Source: an uncultured bacterium (lineage in GTDB: Bacteria; Planctomycetota; UBA1135; GCA-002686595). Taken from it: 64,000 nucleotides of DNA. The DNA is taken from positions 32,001 to 96,000 of the forward strand of contig CALSNU010000002.1 of the NCBI GenBank assembly GCA_943787795.1, in the 5' to 3' direction. Shown here piece by piece: positions 18,117 to 27,698 of the stretch; within the stretch, counting starts at the first letter, position 1; each line of letters starts with the position of its first letter. The notes under the pieces are model-generated. The model was not told the origin of the DNA. It made no database searches and saw only the letters and a list, made by a program, of their open reading frames with translations. A program made the position numbers and the translations under genes.

Positions 18117-20687
18117 TCAGCCGTCCAGCTCGGCCGCCGTCATCGGCTTGACCCGGTCGCCCGCGGCAGCTCGATTGCGCCCGACCGTTTCCAGGGTGAC
18201 CGGCTCGACGCCGTTGCCCCAGGAGCGACGGATGTAGGTGAGGACGTCCGCGAGGTCATCGTCCGACCCCTCGAAGCGGGGCATCTCGAGGTTCCAGGTG
18301 CGGCCCTCGATCTTCAGCGGTCCCTCGAGACCGTGCATGAGGATCTGCACGAGGCGATCCTCGTCGCCCACCGCGTAGGTGGTCCCGCGCAGGGTCGGCG
18401 CCTTGCCGTCCTGTCCCCCGCCGTGGCTCTGGTGGCAGGTCGCGCAGACGTTCTCGTACACGGTCCTACCGCGCTCGTACTGGGCGGTCTCCGCGGCCGT
18501 CAGGTCACGGGGGAGCTCGACCTCCACCGCGCCGGGCTTGCCGGGCCAGGTGCACCCCTCGTCGACCTTGCTCGCCGCCGCGGTCGGCGCGACGGCAGCG
18601 TCCTGAGCCTGCGCGGAGAAGTACGCGGGCATGGCGCGCAGCGGGAGCGGCAGGCGCTCCCCGCGCGGGCCCTTGCGGCGGGTCTCCATCAGGCCGTCGA
18701 GGAGCGGCTTGCTCCACCACGCGGCCGGAGGCTCCAGGGCCAGATCCACCACGAGCCCCACGTTCTCCTGGAGGTTCTCCCGCCCCACGCAAGAGGCGAG
18801 GGAGCGGAGCAGCTCCTTGCGCCCGGGGAGGTCGGAGGCCCACGCCTCGCGGCGCGCGAGCTCGAGCAGGAGGTCCGCCTCGCGGAACTGGAGGCCTGAA
18901 ACGACCGCCGAGCGCTCGAGGCTCGAGGATGCGTCCGCCGACATGCGCTGGACGAAGGCCTCGAGCACCACCTCCCGGTCCGACGCGCCGAGGGCCAGCA
19001 GCGCGTGGAGCCGCGCCCGGGCGTTGGGGTCAGCGAGCGCGCCGGCGAGCACGTCGTCGATGAGGTCGCTGCCCTCGAGGTCCAGGCGCCGCTCCGCGAT
19101 CTCCGCGGCGGCCGCGCGGACCCGCGGGTCCGGGAACGAGAGGCCGCTCCGGAGGGTCCCGTCGTCGATGAAGTCGACGCCGTCCAGGGTCCAGAGCGCG
19201 TGCACCGCGCCCAGGGCCGAGTCGCCGCCGTCGACGATGGAGCGCAGCGCCGAGAGGGCAACCGCCTCGCCGTCGAGGTCCTCCACCAGGATCCGCTGGG
19301 CGCTGTCCCGCACCCAGGCGTTGTCCGAGGTCAGCAGCTGGGCCAGCTCCTCGAGCTCGGCCCCCGCGAGGTCCACCTCCGGGCGGCGCACGGGCTCCCC
19401 CTCCTTGCGAACCCGCCAGATCCGCCCGAGGCCCATGGGCCCCTCCAACCCGCGCTCCTCGATCTGCCGGCGGAGGAACGTCGTCAGGAAGATCCGGTGC
19501 TGGATGAGCCCCCGGTACATGTCCGCGATGTAGAGCGCCCCGTCCGGCCCCGTCGTCATGGCGACCGGCCGGAACCGCTCGTGGGTCGAGGTCAGGAAGT
19601 CCCGCTCGCCGCGGACGTCGTTCGCCTTGAGCTGGGCGGTCTCGTCGCGCTCTTCGATCCGGTAGCGCTTGACCAGGTTGCCGGTGGGCTCGCAGACGAA
19701 GATGTCGCCCCGCGACTCCTCGCCAAGGGCGGCGCCGCGCAGCGGCGTCGCGCTGCACGCGGCGGTGAAGTAGTGGAGGGTGTAGTCGTCCCGCAGGGTC
19801 ACCTCCTGGTAGCCGCGGTTGACCCCCGGGTTGATGCGCGCGGGGAAGACCTCGCGCGTGGCGCTCACCCCGGCGAAGGAGCCGTGAAACTTGCGCTGGT
19901 GACGGTTCCGCACCGCGTACCGCGCGGGGGCGATATCCATGAAGAGGGGCTGCGGGTTCGTGTTGCGCGCGAAGCGGCCGACGTCGTCCTGCGCCAGGCC
20001 CCACTGGCCGCCCTGCCGCTCGCGGCGGATCTCCCACACCCCGTCGCCGTTCTCGTCCTCGGTCCGGCGTACTGCCCGGTTCCAGTTGGCGAAGTGGACC
20101 CAGTTGTCGAGCCCCATGGTCGGCCCGTTGATGTCGTGCTCCGGGTTCTCGAGGCCCTTGGTCAGGCCACCCATCACCACCTCGCGCCGATCGAGGACCC
20201 CGTCCCCGTCGTCGTCCCGCAGGAACACCAGCTCCGGCGGGAGAATGCAGAGGGCGCCGCCGAACATGGGCGCGACCCCCCGGGGCAGCACGAGCCCGTC
20301 CGCGAAGTCCTCGCGCCGGTCCATGGTCCCGTCCCCGTCCTCGTCGGTGAGCACCGCGATACGCCCGACGGGTTCCTTCTCGCCGTTGCCCTCGATGTCG
20401 GGCATGTAGCCCCGCATCTCGACGACCCAGAGCCGGCCGAGCTCGTCGAAGACCACCTGAACCGGGTCGACGACCATGGGCTCCTCCGCCACCAGCTCGA
20501 TCTTGAAGCCGGGGGGCAACTCGAAGGTCGCGAGCTCCTCCTCGGCCGAGAGCACCGGCGCCGCGGGGATGGCCAGGTCCGCGGGCAGGTCACCCTGGAC
20601 CTCACCGTTGCGGTCGCCGTTCTGGGCGAGGGTCGGGACGGCGAGCAGGCACGAGGCCAGGGGAAGAAGGGTGACGTGCGATCGCAT
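18117..20687 (-). CDS. PVC-type heme-binding membrane-bound dehydrogenase domain protein (propeller + HEAT + cytochrome c)
   Basis: LPPGFKIELVAEEP, LWVVEMRGYM, FRPV..GPDGALYIADMYRG..QH, HEAT-like repeats, C-terminal CATCH. Confidence 0.9.
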   Translation of the reverse strand: MRSHVTLLPLASCLLAVPTLAQNGDRNGEVQGDLPADLAIPAAPVLSAEEELATFELPPGFKIELVAEEPMVVDPVQVVFDELGRLWVVEMRGYMPDIEGNGEKEPVGRIAVLTDEDGDGTMDRREDFADGLVLPRGVAPMFGGALCILPPELVFLRDDDGDGVLDRREVVMGGLTKGLENPEHDINGPTMGLDNWVHFANWNRAVRRTEDENGDGVWEIRRERQGGQWGLAQDDVGRFARNTNPQPLFMDIAPARYAVRNRHQRKFHGSFAGVSATREVFPARINPGVNRGYQEVTLRDDYTLHYFTAACSATPLRGAALGEESRGDIFVCEPTGNLVKRYRIEERDETAQLKANDVRGERDFLTSTHERFRPVAMTTGPDGALYIADMYRGLIQHRIFLTTFLRRQIEERGLEGPMGLGRIWRVRKEGEPVRRPEVDLAGAELEELAQLLTSDNAWVRDSAQRILVEDLDGEAVALSALRSIVDGGDSALGAVHALWTLDGVDFIDDGTLRSGLSFPDPRVRAAAAEIAERRLDLEGSDLIDDVLAGALADPNARARLHALLALGASDREVVLEAFVQRMSADASSSLERSAVVSGLQFREADLLLELARREAWASDLPGRKELLRSLASCVGRENLQENVGLVVDLALEPPAAWWSKPLLDGLMETRRKGPRGERLPLPLRAMPAYFSAQAQDAAVAPTAAASKVDEGCTWPGKPGAVEVELPRDLTAAETAQYERGRTVYENVCATCHQSHGGGQDGKAPTLRGTTYAVGDEDRLVQILMHGLEGPLKIEGRTWNLEMPRFEGSDDDLADVLTYIRRSWGNGVEPVTLETVGRNRAAAGDRVKPMTAAELDG

Positions 20688-20840
20688 GCACAGATCTTAG
20701 GCGCTGGAGCGCTCCTTGCGACGGGGCCACCCAAGGCGGCCGCTTCCGACGGTGACCCGGCTGCGTCGCGACCCGGGCCGTGGCCGCCCCTGGACGGGTC
20801 GAGCGGTGCGCGATGGCCGTCCAGCGCCTACGCTGGTGCG

Positions 20841-22217
20841 GTGAATCGTCTCGCTCAAGTCCTCTGTCTCACACCGATCTTGCTGGCGGCCTGCGCCGGC
20901 ACGAACCCCGGCGACCGCGCCACACCGGCGCCTGCCATCAAGTCGCCTGCGCGGGGAGCCGCCCGACCCAACATCGTCGTGCTCTTCGCCGACGATGCGG
21001 GCTACTCGGACTTCGGCTTCCAGCCGAACGCCATGGAGGACATGAGGGGGCTCACGCCGCACATCGACTCCATCGCGGACGAGGGCGCGGTCTTCCGCGC
21101 CTTCTACATGTCGGCCTGCGTTTGCTCCCCGTCAAGGGCGGGCCTGATGACCGGCCGCTACCAGCAGCGCTTCGGCCACGAGAAGAACATCCCCCCCGGC
21201 TACATGAAGGGCGGCATGGCCCTGGAGGAGGCGACCATCGCCGACCGCCTGCGAGGCGCGGGGTACGAGACGGGGCTGGTGGGCAAGTGGCACCTCGGCT
21301 ACCCCGATCCTTATCACCCCAACGAGCGCGGCTTCGACTGGTTCATGGGGTGCCTCCAGGGCTCGCGGCCCTATCTCGAGATGGAGGAGCCCACGCCCCA
21401 CCGTGTGCTCCTTCGAGACCGTACGCCCACCCCCGAGGGCGGCTACGTCACCGATCGGTTCGGCGACGCTGCGGTGGAGTTCATCCAGGAGGAGCGCGAG
21501 GCACCCTTCTTTCTCTTCGTCTCCTTCACCGCGCCCCACGGCCCCCTCCAGCCGCGTCCGGGCGACGTGGACCTCCCCGAGCTCGCCTCCATCGAGAAGA
21601 AGCGACGCCGCAACTACGCCGGGCTCGTGAAGGCCATGGACGACAACGTGGGCAAGATCCTGACGGCCCTCGAGCGCGCGGGGATCGCCGAAGAGACCGT
21701 CGTGCTCTTCACCAACGACAACGGCGGCCAGACCCAAACCGCGGCGGTCAACAAGCCCCTGCGCGGCCGCAAGGGCCAGCTGTACGAGGGCGGCATCCGG
21801 GTCCCCGCCGCCCTGCGCTGGCCCGGCGTCGTCGCGCCGGGCACCGTGGTCGAAGCCCCGGCCATCTCCCTCGACCTGACGCCGACGTTCCTCGCGGCGG
21901 CAGGGAGCGCCCCGGAGCCCGGCGACGAGCTCGACGGACTCGACCTCACGGCGGCCCTGCGGGGCGAGGCCGGCGGCCCCCTGGCCCAGCGCTCGCTTTA
22001 CTGGCGCCGGAGCGGGAGCGAGGGCCCCATCGCCGCGCGCCGCGGCCGCTGGAAGCTGCTGTGGAACGACCGCGCCGAGGACCCCGAGCTGTTCGACCTC
22101 GCCAACGACGTCGCGGAGAGCCGGGACGTGGCCGGCGATCACCCCGAGGTCGTGGCGCAGCTCATGGCCGAGCTCGAGGGCTACGAGGCAGGGCTCATCG
22201 AACCCCTCTGGCGCTAG
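20841..22217 (+). CDS. Sulfatase (arylsulfatase/GALNS-like), lipoprotein
   Basis: Lipobox LAAC; PNIVVLFADD, CSPSRAGLMTG, GKWHLG, NDNGG, GRKGQLYEGGIRVP. Confidence 0.93.
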   Translation: MNRLAQVLCLTPILLAACAGTNPGDRATPAPAIKSPARGAARPNIVVLFADDAGYSDFGFQPNAMEDMRGLTPHIDSIADEGAVFRAFYMSACVCSPSRAGLMTGRYQQRFGHEKNIPPGYMKGGMALEEATIADRLRGAGYETGLVGKWHLGYPDPYHPNERGFDWFMGCLQGSRPYLEMEEPTPHRVLLRDRTPTPEGGYVTDRFGDAAVEFIQEEREAPFFLFVSFTAPHGPLQPRPGDVDLPELASIEKKRRRNYAGLVKAMDDNVGKILTALERAGIAEETVVLFTNDNGGQTQTAAVNKPLRGRKGQLYEGGIRVPAALRWPGVVAPGTVVEAPAISLDLTPTFLAAAGSAPEPGDELDGLDLTAALRGEAGGPLAQRSLYWRRSGSEGPIAARRGRWKLLWNDRAEDPELFDLANDVAESRDVAGDHPEVVAQLMAELEGYEAGLIEPLWR

Positions 22218-22543
22218 GCTTCGCCGGCGAGCACGCCGTCGGCGCGGCGCGCCACGACGAAGTCGTTCGCCGTCAGCCCGCCCGCGTCATGGGTGGTGAG
22301 AGAGACCGTCAGGCAGCGGTAGTCGCTGATCGTGAGGTCGGGGTGGTGGTTCTCCTCCTCGGCGATCTCGGCCAGGGCGTTGAGCGCCGCCAGGGCCGCG
22401 GCGAAGTCGGCGAGCCGCACCTCGAACACCAGCGAGGCCCCGCGGACCTCCCAGCCCGGGCCGAGCTCCGCCCCCATGGTCTCCGCTTCGGACGGCGCGA
22501 GGAGCGCCGCACCGTCCGTGCATCCAGCGGGGATCACGCTCAC
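22214..22543 (-). CDS. phhB: Pterin-4-alpha-carbinolamine dehydratase
   Basis: AEEENHHPDL, LTTHDAGGLTANDF; GTGA overlap with the ilvE stop. Confidence 0.92.
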   Translation of the reverse strand: MSVIPAGCTDGAALLAPSEAETMGAELGPGWEVRGASLVFEVRLADFAAALAALNALAEIAEEENHHPDLTISDYRCLTVSLTTHDAGGLTANDFVVARRADGVLAGEA

Positions 22544-23469
22544 GACGACGCCGGCCGCGTGTGGGTCAGCCACCCGTAGCGGTCCGGGACCCGGCCCTCC
22601 ACGATGGAGAAGAACGCCTCCTGGAGCCGCCTCGTGACAGGACCCGGGGCGCCACCTTCCATGGGCCGACGATCGACGCTGCGCACCGGCGTGATCTCGG
22701 CGGCGGTCCCGGTCATGAACAGCTCCTCCGCGAAGAAGATGGCCTCGCGCGGGATCCGCCGCTCCCGAAGCTCGAGCCCCATCTCCCGGGCGAGCTGGAT
22801 CACCATGTCCCGCGTGATGCCCTCGAGGATCGAGTTCCCGATCGGCGGCGTCACGATGGCGCCGTCCTGAACGAGGAACAGGTTCTCACCGCTGCCCTCC
22901 GAGAGGTAGCCGTCCACGTCGAGCACGAGGCCCTCGGCGTAGCCGTTGCGCACGGCCTCCTGGATCACGAGCTGGGAGTTGAGGTAGTTGCCCGAGGCCT
23001 TGGCCATGGAGGGGTGCGTCCCGGGAGCCATGCGCCGCCACGAGCTGAAGCACACGTCCACGCCTGACTCCACCGCCTCGTTGCCGTGGAGCGAGTCCCA
23101 CTCCCAGGTCGCGATGATGAGCTGAATCGGATTGCCCTTGGGCAGGACACCCAGCGGCCCGGCGCCCCGGAAGACCAGCGGGCGGATGTAGCAGGACTCG
23201 TGGCCGTTACGGCGCACGGTCTCCACCACGGCCTGCCCGACCTCCTCCTGCGAGAAGGGGATCTCCATGTCGAGCACAGCGCAGGAGCGGAACATGCGCC
23301 GCACGTGCTCGTTCAGGCGGAGGAGCGCGGGCCCATCGGGTGTGGCATAAGCCCGCATTCCCTCGAAGACCGCGTTCCCGTAGTGGAGGCTGTGGGACAG
23401 AACATGGATCTGCGCCTGACCCCAGGGGATCAGTTCGCCGTCCATCCAGATCACTTCAGAGGGCTTCAT
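22540..23469 (-). CDS. ilvE: Branched-chain amino acid aminotransferase
   Basis: IWMDG, LHYGNAVFEG, YIRP, AKASGNYLNS, EGSGENLF, LEGITR, GTAAEITP. Confidence 0.96.
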   Translation of the reverse strand: MKPSEVIWMDGELIPWGQAQIHVLSHSLHYGNAVFEGMRAYATPDGPALLRLNEHVRRMFRSCAVLDMEIPFSQEEVGQAVVETVRRNGHESCYIRPLVFRGAGPLGVLPKGNPIQLIIATWEWDSLHGNEAVESGVDVCFSSWRRMAPGTHPSMAKASGNYLNSQLVIQEAVRNGYAEGLVLDVDGYLSEGSGENLFLVQDGAIVTPPIGNSILEGITRDMVIQLAREMGLELRERRIPREAIFFAEELFMTGTAAEITPVRSVDRRPMEGGAPGPVTRRLQEAFFSIVEGRVPDRYGWLTHTRPASS

Positions 23470-23526
23470 CGACTGGAGAGGATAGCGGACCAGCGCGCCG
23501 CAGACCGCCCTACAATGGGCGCTGTA

Positions 23527-23808
23527 ATGAGCGACAACATCATGAATGCACCGCACGGGATGAACCTGGTTGTGGAGTGCACGGACGGGAGTGCGGTCAT
23601 CGGTCGCTTCGACGAGTCCAACGGCTTCGAGGTCGTGATGCACGACGTCGATACCTGGGCCGCGGAGCAAGGCAGCGAGGAGGAGCGCGAGCAGTGGGTG
23701 CGCTCCACAGCCACCTACGGGGTCGCGGTGAAGGAGCGGGACCACAACTTCTCCGCTCGCCTCGTGGCGAGCTGGCGATCCCTCGGCGACGTCGAGAAGC
23801 TCCACTAG
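23527..23808 (+). CDS. Hypothetical 93-aa protein, possible Sm/LSm-like fold
   Basis: Good codon usage; TACAAT upstream; GMNLVVECTDGSAVIGRF...VVMHDV resembles the Sm1 motif. Confidence 0.75.
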   Translation: MSDNIMNAPHGMNLVVECTDGSAVIGRFDESNGFEVVMHDVDTWAAEQGSEEEREQWVRSTATYGVAVKERDHNFSARLVASWRSLGDVEKLH

Positions 23809-23818
23809 GCCGCGAGGC

Positions 23819-25009
23819 ATGCAGACGGACTCCACCACCCTCCGTTGCGCCTCCGCCGTATCGAGTCTGAACGACCTCGACGCGGCCGTGGCCGAGGTCT
23901 CCGGCGAGATCGACGCGCGGCTCGACGGCGAGCAGCCTGACCTGCTCTTCGCCTTCGTGACCCACCACCACGGCGGGGACCTCGCCCGCGTCGCCGCGGA
24001 GCTCGTCGAGGCCACGGGAGCGGCCGAGGCCGCGGGCAGCACCGGAGCCTGGACGGCGGGCACCGGCAAGGAGCTTGAGCAGCGGCCGGGGCTCTCGGTC
24101 CTCGCCGCCCGGCTTCCCGACACGGAGGTCGAGGTCATCCGCCTCGCGCCCCCCGGCGAGGGTGGCTGGGACGCCGACGCGCTCCCCATCGACGACCCCG
24201 AGCGCACCTCGGCCATCATCGTGGCCGACCCCTTCACCTTCCCGGTCCCCACCTTCCTCGACGACCTCGCCGAGACGCAGCCCGGCCTGTCGGTGACCGG
24301 CGGGCTGGCGAGCGGCGGCATCGCGCCGGGCCAGAACATCCTCTATGCCGGCGCGGACCCGGTGAACTCCGGGGCGGTGGCCGTCCTGCTCAAGGGAGGC
24401 ACGCGGGTGGTGAGCGCCGTCAGCCAGGGCTGCCGCCCGATCGGGCCGCCCCTGGTCGCCACCCGGGTCGAGGGCAACGCCATCTTCGAGCTCCGGGGCC
24501 AGCCGGCGGCCAAGGTGCTGTTCGAGGTCCTCGAGTCCCTCGACGAAGACGAGCGCGAGCTCTTCCAGAAGGGCGCCTTCATCGGGCGCGCCGTGGATCC
24601 CGCGCGCTCCAAGTTCCGCCCCGGCGACCTGCTGGTGCGCAACATCATGGGCCTCGATCCCCAGCGCCACGCCATCGCGGTCGCCGACGGGGGCTTTCGA
24701 AACGGGACCACGTTCCAATTCATGGTCCGGGACGGCGCCTCGGCCGAGGCCGAGCTCGCCTCGGTCCTGGAGATCGCCGGACTGGAGTCCATGGGTCAGG
24801 CCTCCGGCGGGCTCCTGTTCACCTGCGGCGGCCGCGGGAAGGGGATGTTCGGTCGCTCCCACCACGATGCCGCCGCCATCGAGGCGGCCTTCGGCCCCGG
24901 CTTCCCCCTCGCTGGCTTCGCCGCCAACGGCGAGATCGGCCCCGTCGGCGGCCGTCCCTTCCTCCACGGCTTCACGGCGAGCGCGGCGATCCTCGCCCCC
25001 CGCAGCTGA
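23819..25009 (+). CDS. FIST N/C domain signal-transduction protein (NosP-like)
   Basis: ADPFTFP, GGLAS, VSQGCRPIG, FQFMVRD, FTCGGRG, GFAANGEIGP..LHGFT. Confidence 0.92.
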   Translation: MQTDSTTLRCASAVSSLNDLDAAVAEVSGEIDARLDGEQPDLLFAFVTHHHGGDLARVAAELVEATGAAEAAGSTGAWTAGTGKELEQRPGLSVLAARLPDTEVEVIRLAPPGEGGWDADALPIDDPERTSAIIVADPFTFPVPTFLDDLAETQPGLSVTGGLASGGIAPGQNILYAGADPVNSGAVAVLLKGGTRVVSAVSQGCRPIGPPLVATRVEGNAIFELRGQPAAKVLFEVLESLDEDERELFQKGAFIGRAVDPARSKFRPGDLLVRNIMGLDPQRHAIAVADGGFRNGTTFQFMVRDGASAEAELASVLEIAGLESMGQASGGLLFTCGGRGKGMFGRSHHDAAAIEAAFGPGFPLAGFAANGEIGPVGGRPFLHGFTASAAILAPRS

Positions 25010-25055
25010 CCCCCTCGCAGATGATCCCCTCGACCAAAGATCCTCGAGAGTGCAC

Positions 25056-25676
25056 ATGACCATGCTCCACTTGGCCCTCCTCCAGGACACGTTGACCTTC
25101 ACCACTCAAGGCGGTGGAGGAGACGGCGTAGGTCTCCTGCTCAACATCCTCAGCCTCGCAGCGTGGATCCTCATGCTCTTCCTGGTGCTCCGCGACCGCG
25201 ACCAGCTCAAGCAGGCGAAGGCGGACGCCGAGGCGGCCAAGGACCAGGCCCGCCGGGCGAACAACGCCAAGGACGAGCTCGCCGCCGAGGTGGGGAACCT
25301 GCGCGAGCTCCTCGCGCGCTCCGTGGAGGGTGAACCCCTCACCCGGGAGATGGTCATGGAGGGCCAGCTCTGGCGCGACGTCGACGGCGGGAGAGCCCTC
25401 GAGCTGTTCGGCGACCCGGGGGCGCACGTCCTCGACGTGCGGACCCCATCCGAAACGGCCGCCGGAGTGATCAAGGGCGCGCTCCTGATCCCCATGGACC
25501 AGATCGAAGAGCGGCAGGGAGAGCTCCCCGCCGACGGCAAGCCGCTCCTCGTGTACTGCGCGGCGGGCGCCCGGTCCGCGGCGGTCTGCGAGCACCTCTC
25601 GAGCGAGGGGTTCAGCGGCCTGCACAACCTCGAGGGCGGCTTCGGGACCTGGCCTGGGGAGACTCAGGCCTCCTGA
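25056..25676 (+). CDS. Membrane-anchored rhodanese domain protein (TM + coiled coil + rhodanese)
   Basis: TM helix, coiled coil, LDVRTPSE, YCAAGARS active-site loop, NLEGGF..W. Confidence 0.88.
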   Translation: MTMLHLALLQDTLTFTTQGGGGDGVGLLLNILSLAAWILMLFLVLRDRDQLKQAKADAEAAKDQARRANNAKDELAAEVGNLRELLARSVEGEPLTREMVMEGQLWRDVDGGRALELFGDPGAHVLDVRTPSETAAGVIKGALLIPMDQIEERQGELPADGKPLLVYCAAGARSAAVCEHLSSEGFSGLHNLEGGFGTWPGETQAS

Positions 25677-25900
25677 GGCCCGGTCGGCTCCCTATCGACT
25701 CCCGGTCGACTCCCCGTTGCCGCAGCCCCACGGCCCGGGCCGAACTTCGTCGATCTTGCCTCTGGACCATCAAGGAGAAGCGCGGCCTGACCCGATCCAG
25801 GATCCAGGGACGTCAGCTGGACTTCCCCCTCCCCCGCCCGTCGGCCGGACCGTTCAATAGCGCCGCACGCCCCCCCCCAGGCCCCTCTGAACTCGACCCA

Positions 25901-26725
25901 ATGCTGGACTCCGCCACCATCGAACGTGACCTCGCCTTCGCCATCGCCGCCGCCCGCGACGCCGGCGACCGCGGCCTCGCCCTGCGCGCGCTCGACCGCT
26001 GGGAGGGCAAGACCCTCGGCGATGTGTGCGACCAGGCCTGCGACGGGCTGCTCCACGGGCTGCTCGCCGGACGCTACCCCGACGACGGCGTGCTGAGCGA
26101 GGAGACCGTTGACACACCCGAGCGCCTCTCCAAGTCGCGGGTCTGGATCGTGGACCCGCTGGACGGCACCAAGGAATACGCCCAGCTCCGGGACGACTGG
26201 GCCGTGCACGTGGCCCTCGCCGTCGACGGCCGCTGCGTCCTCGGGGCCGTGGCCCTGCCGTCCCAGGGCAAGGTCCTCTACGGCGTCTCGGCGGACGGCG
26301 CCGAGCGCGCGGGATTCGAAGGGGACTACAGCGGCGAGCTGGTCTCCGGCACGAGCCCCCAGGAGGGCCGCCCCCGGATCGCCGTCAGCCGCTCCCACAC
26401 CCCCGAGTGGGTCGACCGCTTCGCCGCCTCCATCGAGGGCGACCTCGTCCCCGCCGGCTCCGCCGGGCACAAGGCAGGCATGCTGCTCACCGGGGACGCG
26501 GACATGTACGTTCACAAGATCGGTCTCAAGGAGTGGGACACCTGCGCCCCGGAGACCATCGCGCGCAGCCTCGGCTGGCACGTATGCCGACTGGACGGCA
26601 CCGAGCACGTCTACAACCAGGCCGACCCACGCAACCACGAGCTCGTGATGTGCCGACCGGCCGCGCGGGACGCCGTTCTGGCCGCGCTCCAGCAGTCCGG
26701 CGCTCTCGAGGACCGCAAGGTCTGA
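25901..26725 (+). CDS. cysQ: 3'(2'),5'-bisphosphate nucleotidase / inositol monophosphatase family
   Basis: LSEE, WIVDPLDGTKE, VSRSH, GSAG.K, EWDTCAP. Confidence 0.85.
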   Translation: MLDSATIERDLAFAIAAARDAGDRGLALRALDRWEGKTLGDVCDQACDGLLHGLLAGRYPDDGVLSEETVDTPERLSKSRVWIVDPLDGTKEYAQLRDDWAVHVALAVDGRCVLGAVALPSQGKVLYGVSADGAERAGFEGDYSGELVSGTSPQEGRPRIAVSRSHTPEWVDRFAASIEGDLVPAGSAGHKAGMLLTGDADMYVHKIGLKEWDTCAPETIARSLGWHVCRLDGTEHVYNQADPRNHELVMCRPAARDAVLAALQQSGALEDRKV

Positions 26726-26750
26726 GGCGCGCCCCTGGCCGGCGCCGCAC

Positions 26751-27575
26751 TCAGCGCGGAGGCTGGCACGGCGGGCAGAGGTAGAGCCGGCGAGACCCCA
26801 CGTCGATCTTCTCGACCGGGGCGCCGCACTCGGGGCACGGCCGGCCCGAGCGGGCGAAGGCCGCGTGGCGGTAGTGCCGGAACGGGACCCCGCGCTCCTT
26901 GGCGTCCTCGACACGCTCGAGGCAGTCCGTGATCCCGCCCGTCTCGTAGCTCTGCCGGGTCACGTCGAGGATCCAGCGCGCCAGGTCCTCCCGATCGCCA
27001 TCGTCGAGGTCCTTGGGCCGCCAGCTCGGGTGGAGCCCGGCCCACCAGAGGATCTCACTCCGGAGGTAGTTCCCAAGCCCGCTGACGAAGCTCTGGTCGA
27101 GCAGCAGCGCGCCCAGGTTGCGGCCGCGGAAGCGGCGGTCCAGGAGCTGCTCCAGGACCTGCGCCTCCGTCACGTCCGGATCCACCGCGTCAGGACCGAG
27201 CTTGCCGAGGTAGGGGTGATGCGGCTCTTCCTCGGGCCGCAAGACCTCGATCTCCGAGGCGCTGTACAGCAGGGCTGAGCGCTTCGCGCCGCGCAGCTCC
27301 ATCCGCAGCGAGCGCCCGGTCTTGGGGTAGGCTCCCGCCTTCCGGAAGTACCACTTCCCGTAGAGCTGATTGTGCGAGTAGACGGACAGCCCCACGTCGA
27401 AGCGGGTGAGGATCGCCTTGCCGCGTGCCTCGACCTCGGTGACCGTGGCCCCGGAGAGCTGGCTCTCCCAGGGCTTCAGGTGCGTCAGCCCGAACCCGAC
27501 CTCTTGCATCACCTGACCCTCGACCGCCTCGGCGATCTGATCTGCGGCTCGATGTATCTCCGGTCCCTCGGGCAT
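26751..27575 (-). CDS. nei: Endonuclease VIII
   Basis: MPEGPE N-terminus, RGK, YSHNQLYGKW, LYSASEI, GLGNYLRSEIL, C4 zinc finger. Confidence 0.95.
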   Translation of the reverse strand: MPEGPEIHRAADQIAEAVEGQVMQEVGFGLTHLKPWESQLSGATVTEVEARGKAILTRFDVGLSVYSHNQLYGKWYFRKAGAYPKTGRSLRMELRGAKRSALLYSASEIEVLRPEEEPHHPYLGKLGPDAVDPDVTEAQVLEQLLDRRFRGRNLGALLLDQSFVSGLGNYLRSEILWWAGLHPSWRPKDLDDGDREDLARWILDVTRQSYETGGITDCLERVEDAKERGVPFRHYRHAAFARSGRPCPECGAPVEKIDVGSRRLYLCPPCQPPR

Positions 27576-27673
27576 GGGAGGGCTTTCGCAGCGCGGTCCC
27601 CCGCGGAGTCACCCGAACAGAATTGCCGGCAGACAGATCGTTTCGAAATTTCGTCTGCCCGACGCCGCCGCGC

Positions 27674-27688
27674 CTGACAGAGTGTCAG
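27674..27688. promoter_or_regulatory. Palindromic operator upstream of the TetR gene
   Basis: CTGACA-GAG-TGTCAG perfect inverted repeat, 10 bp before the TetR ATG. Confidence 0.6.
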
Positions 27689-27698
27689 TCTATCTCCG

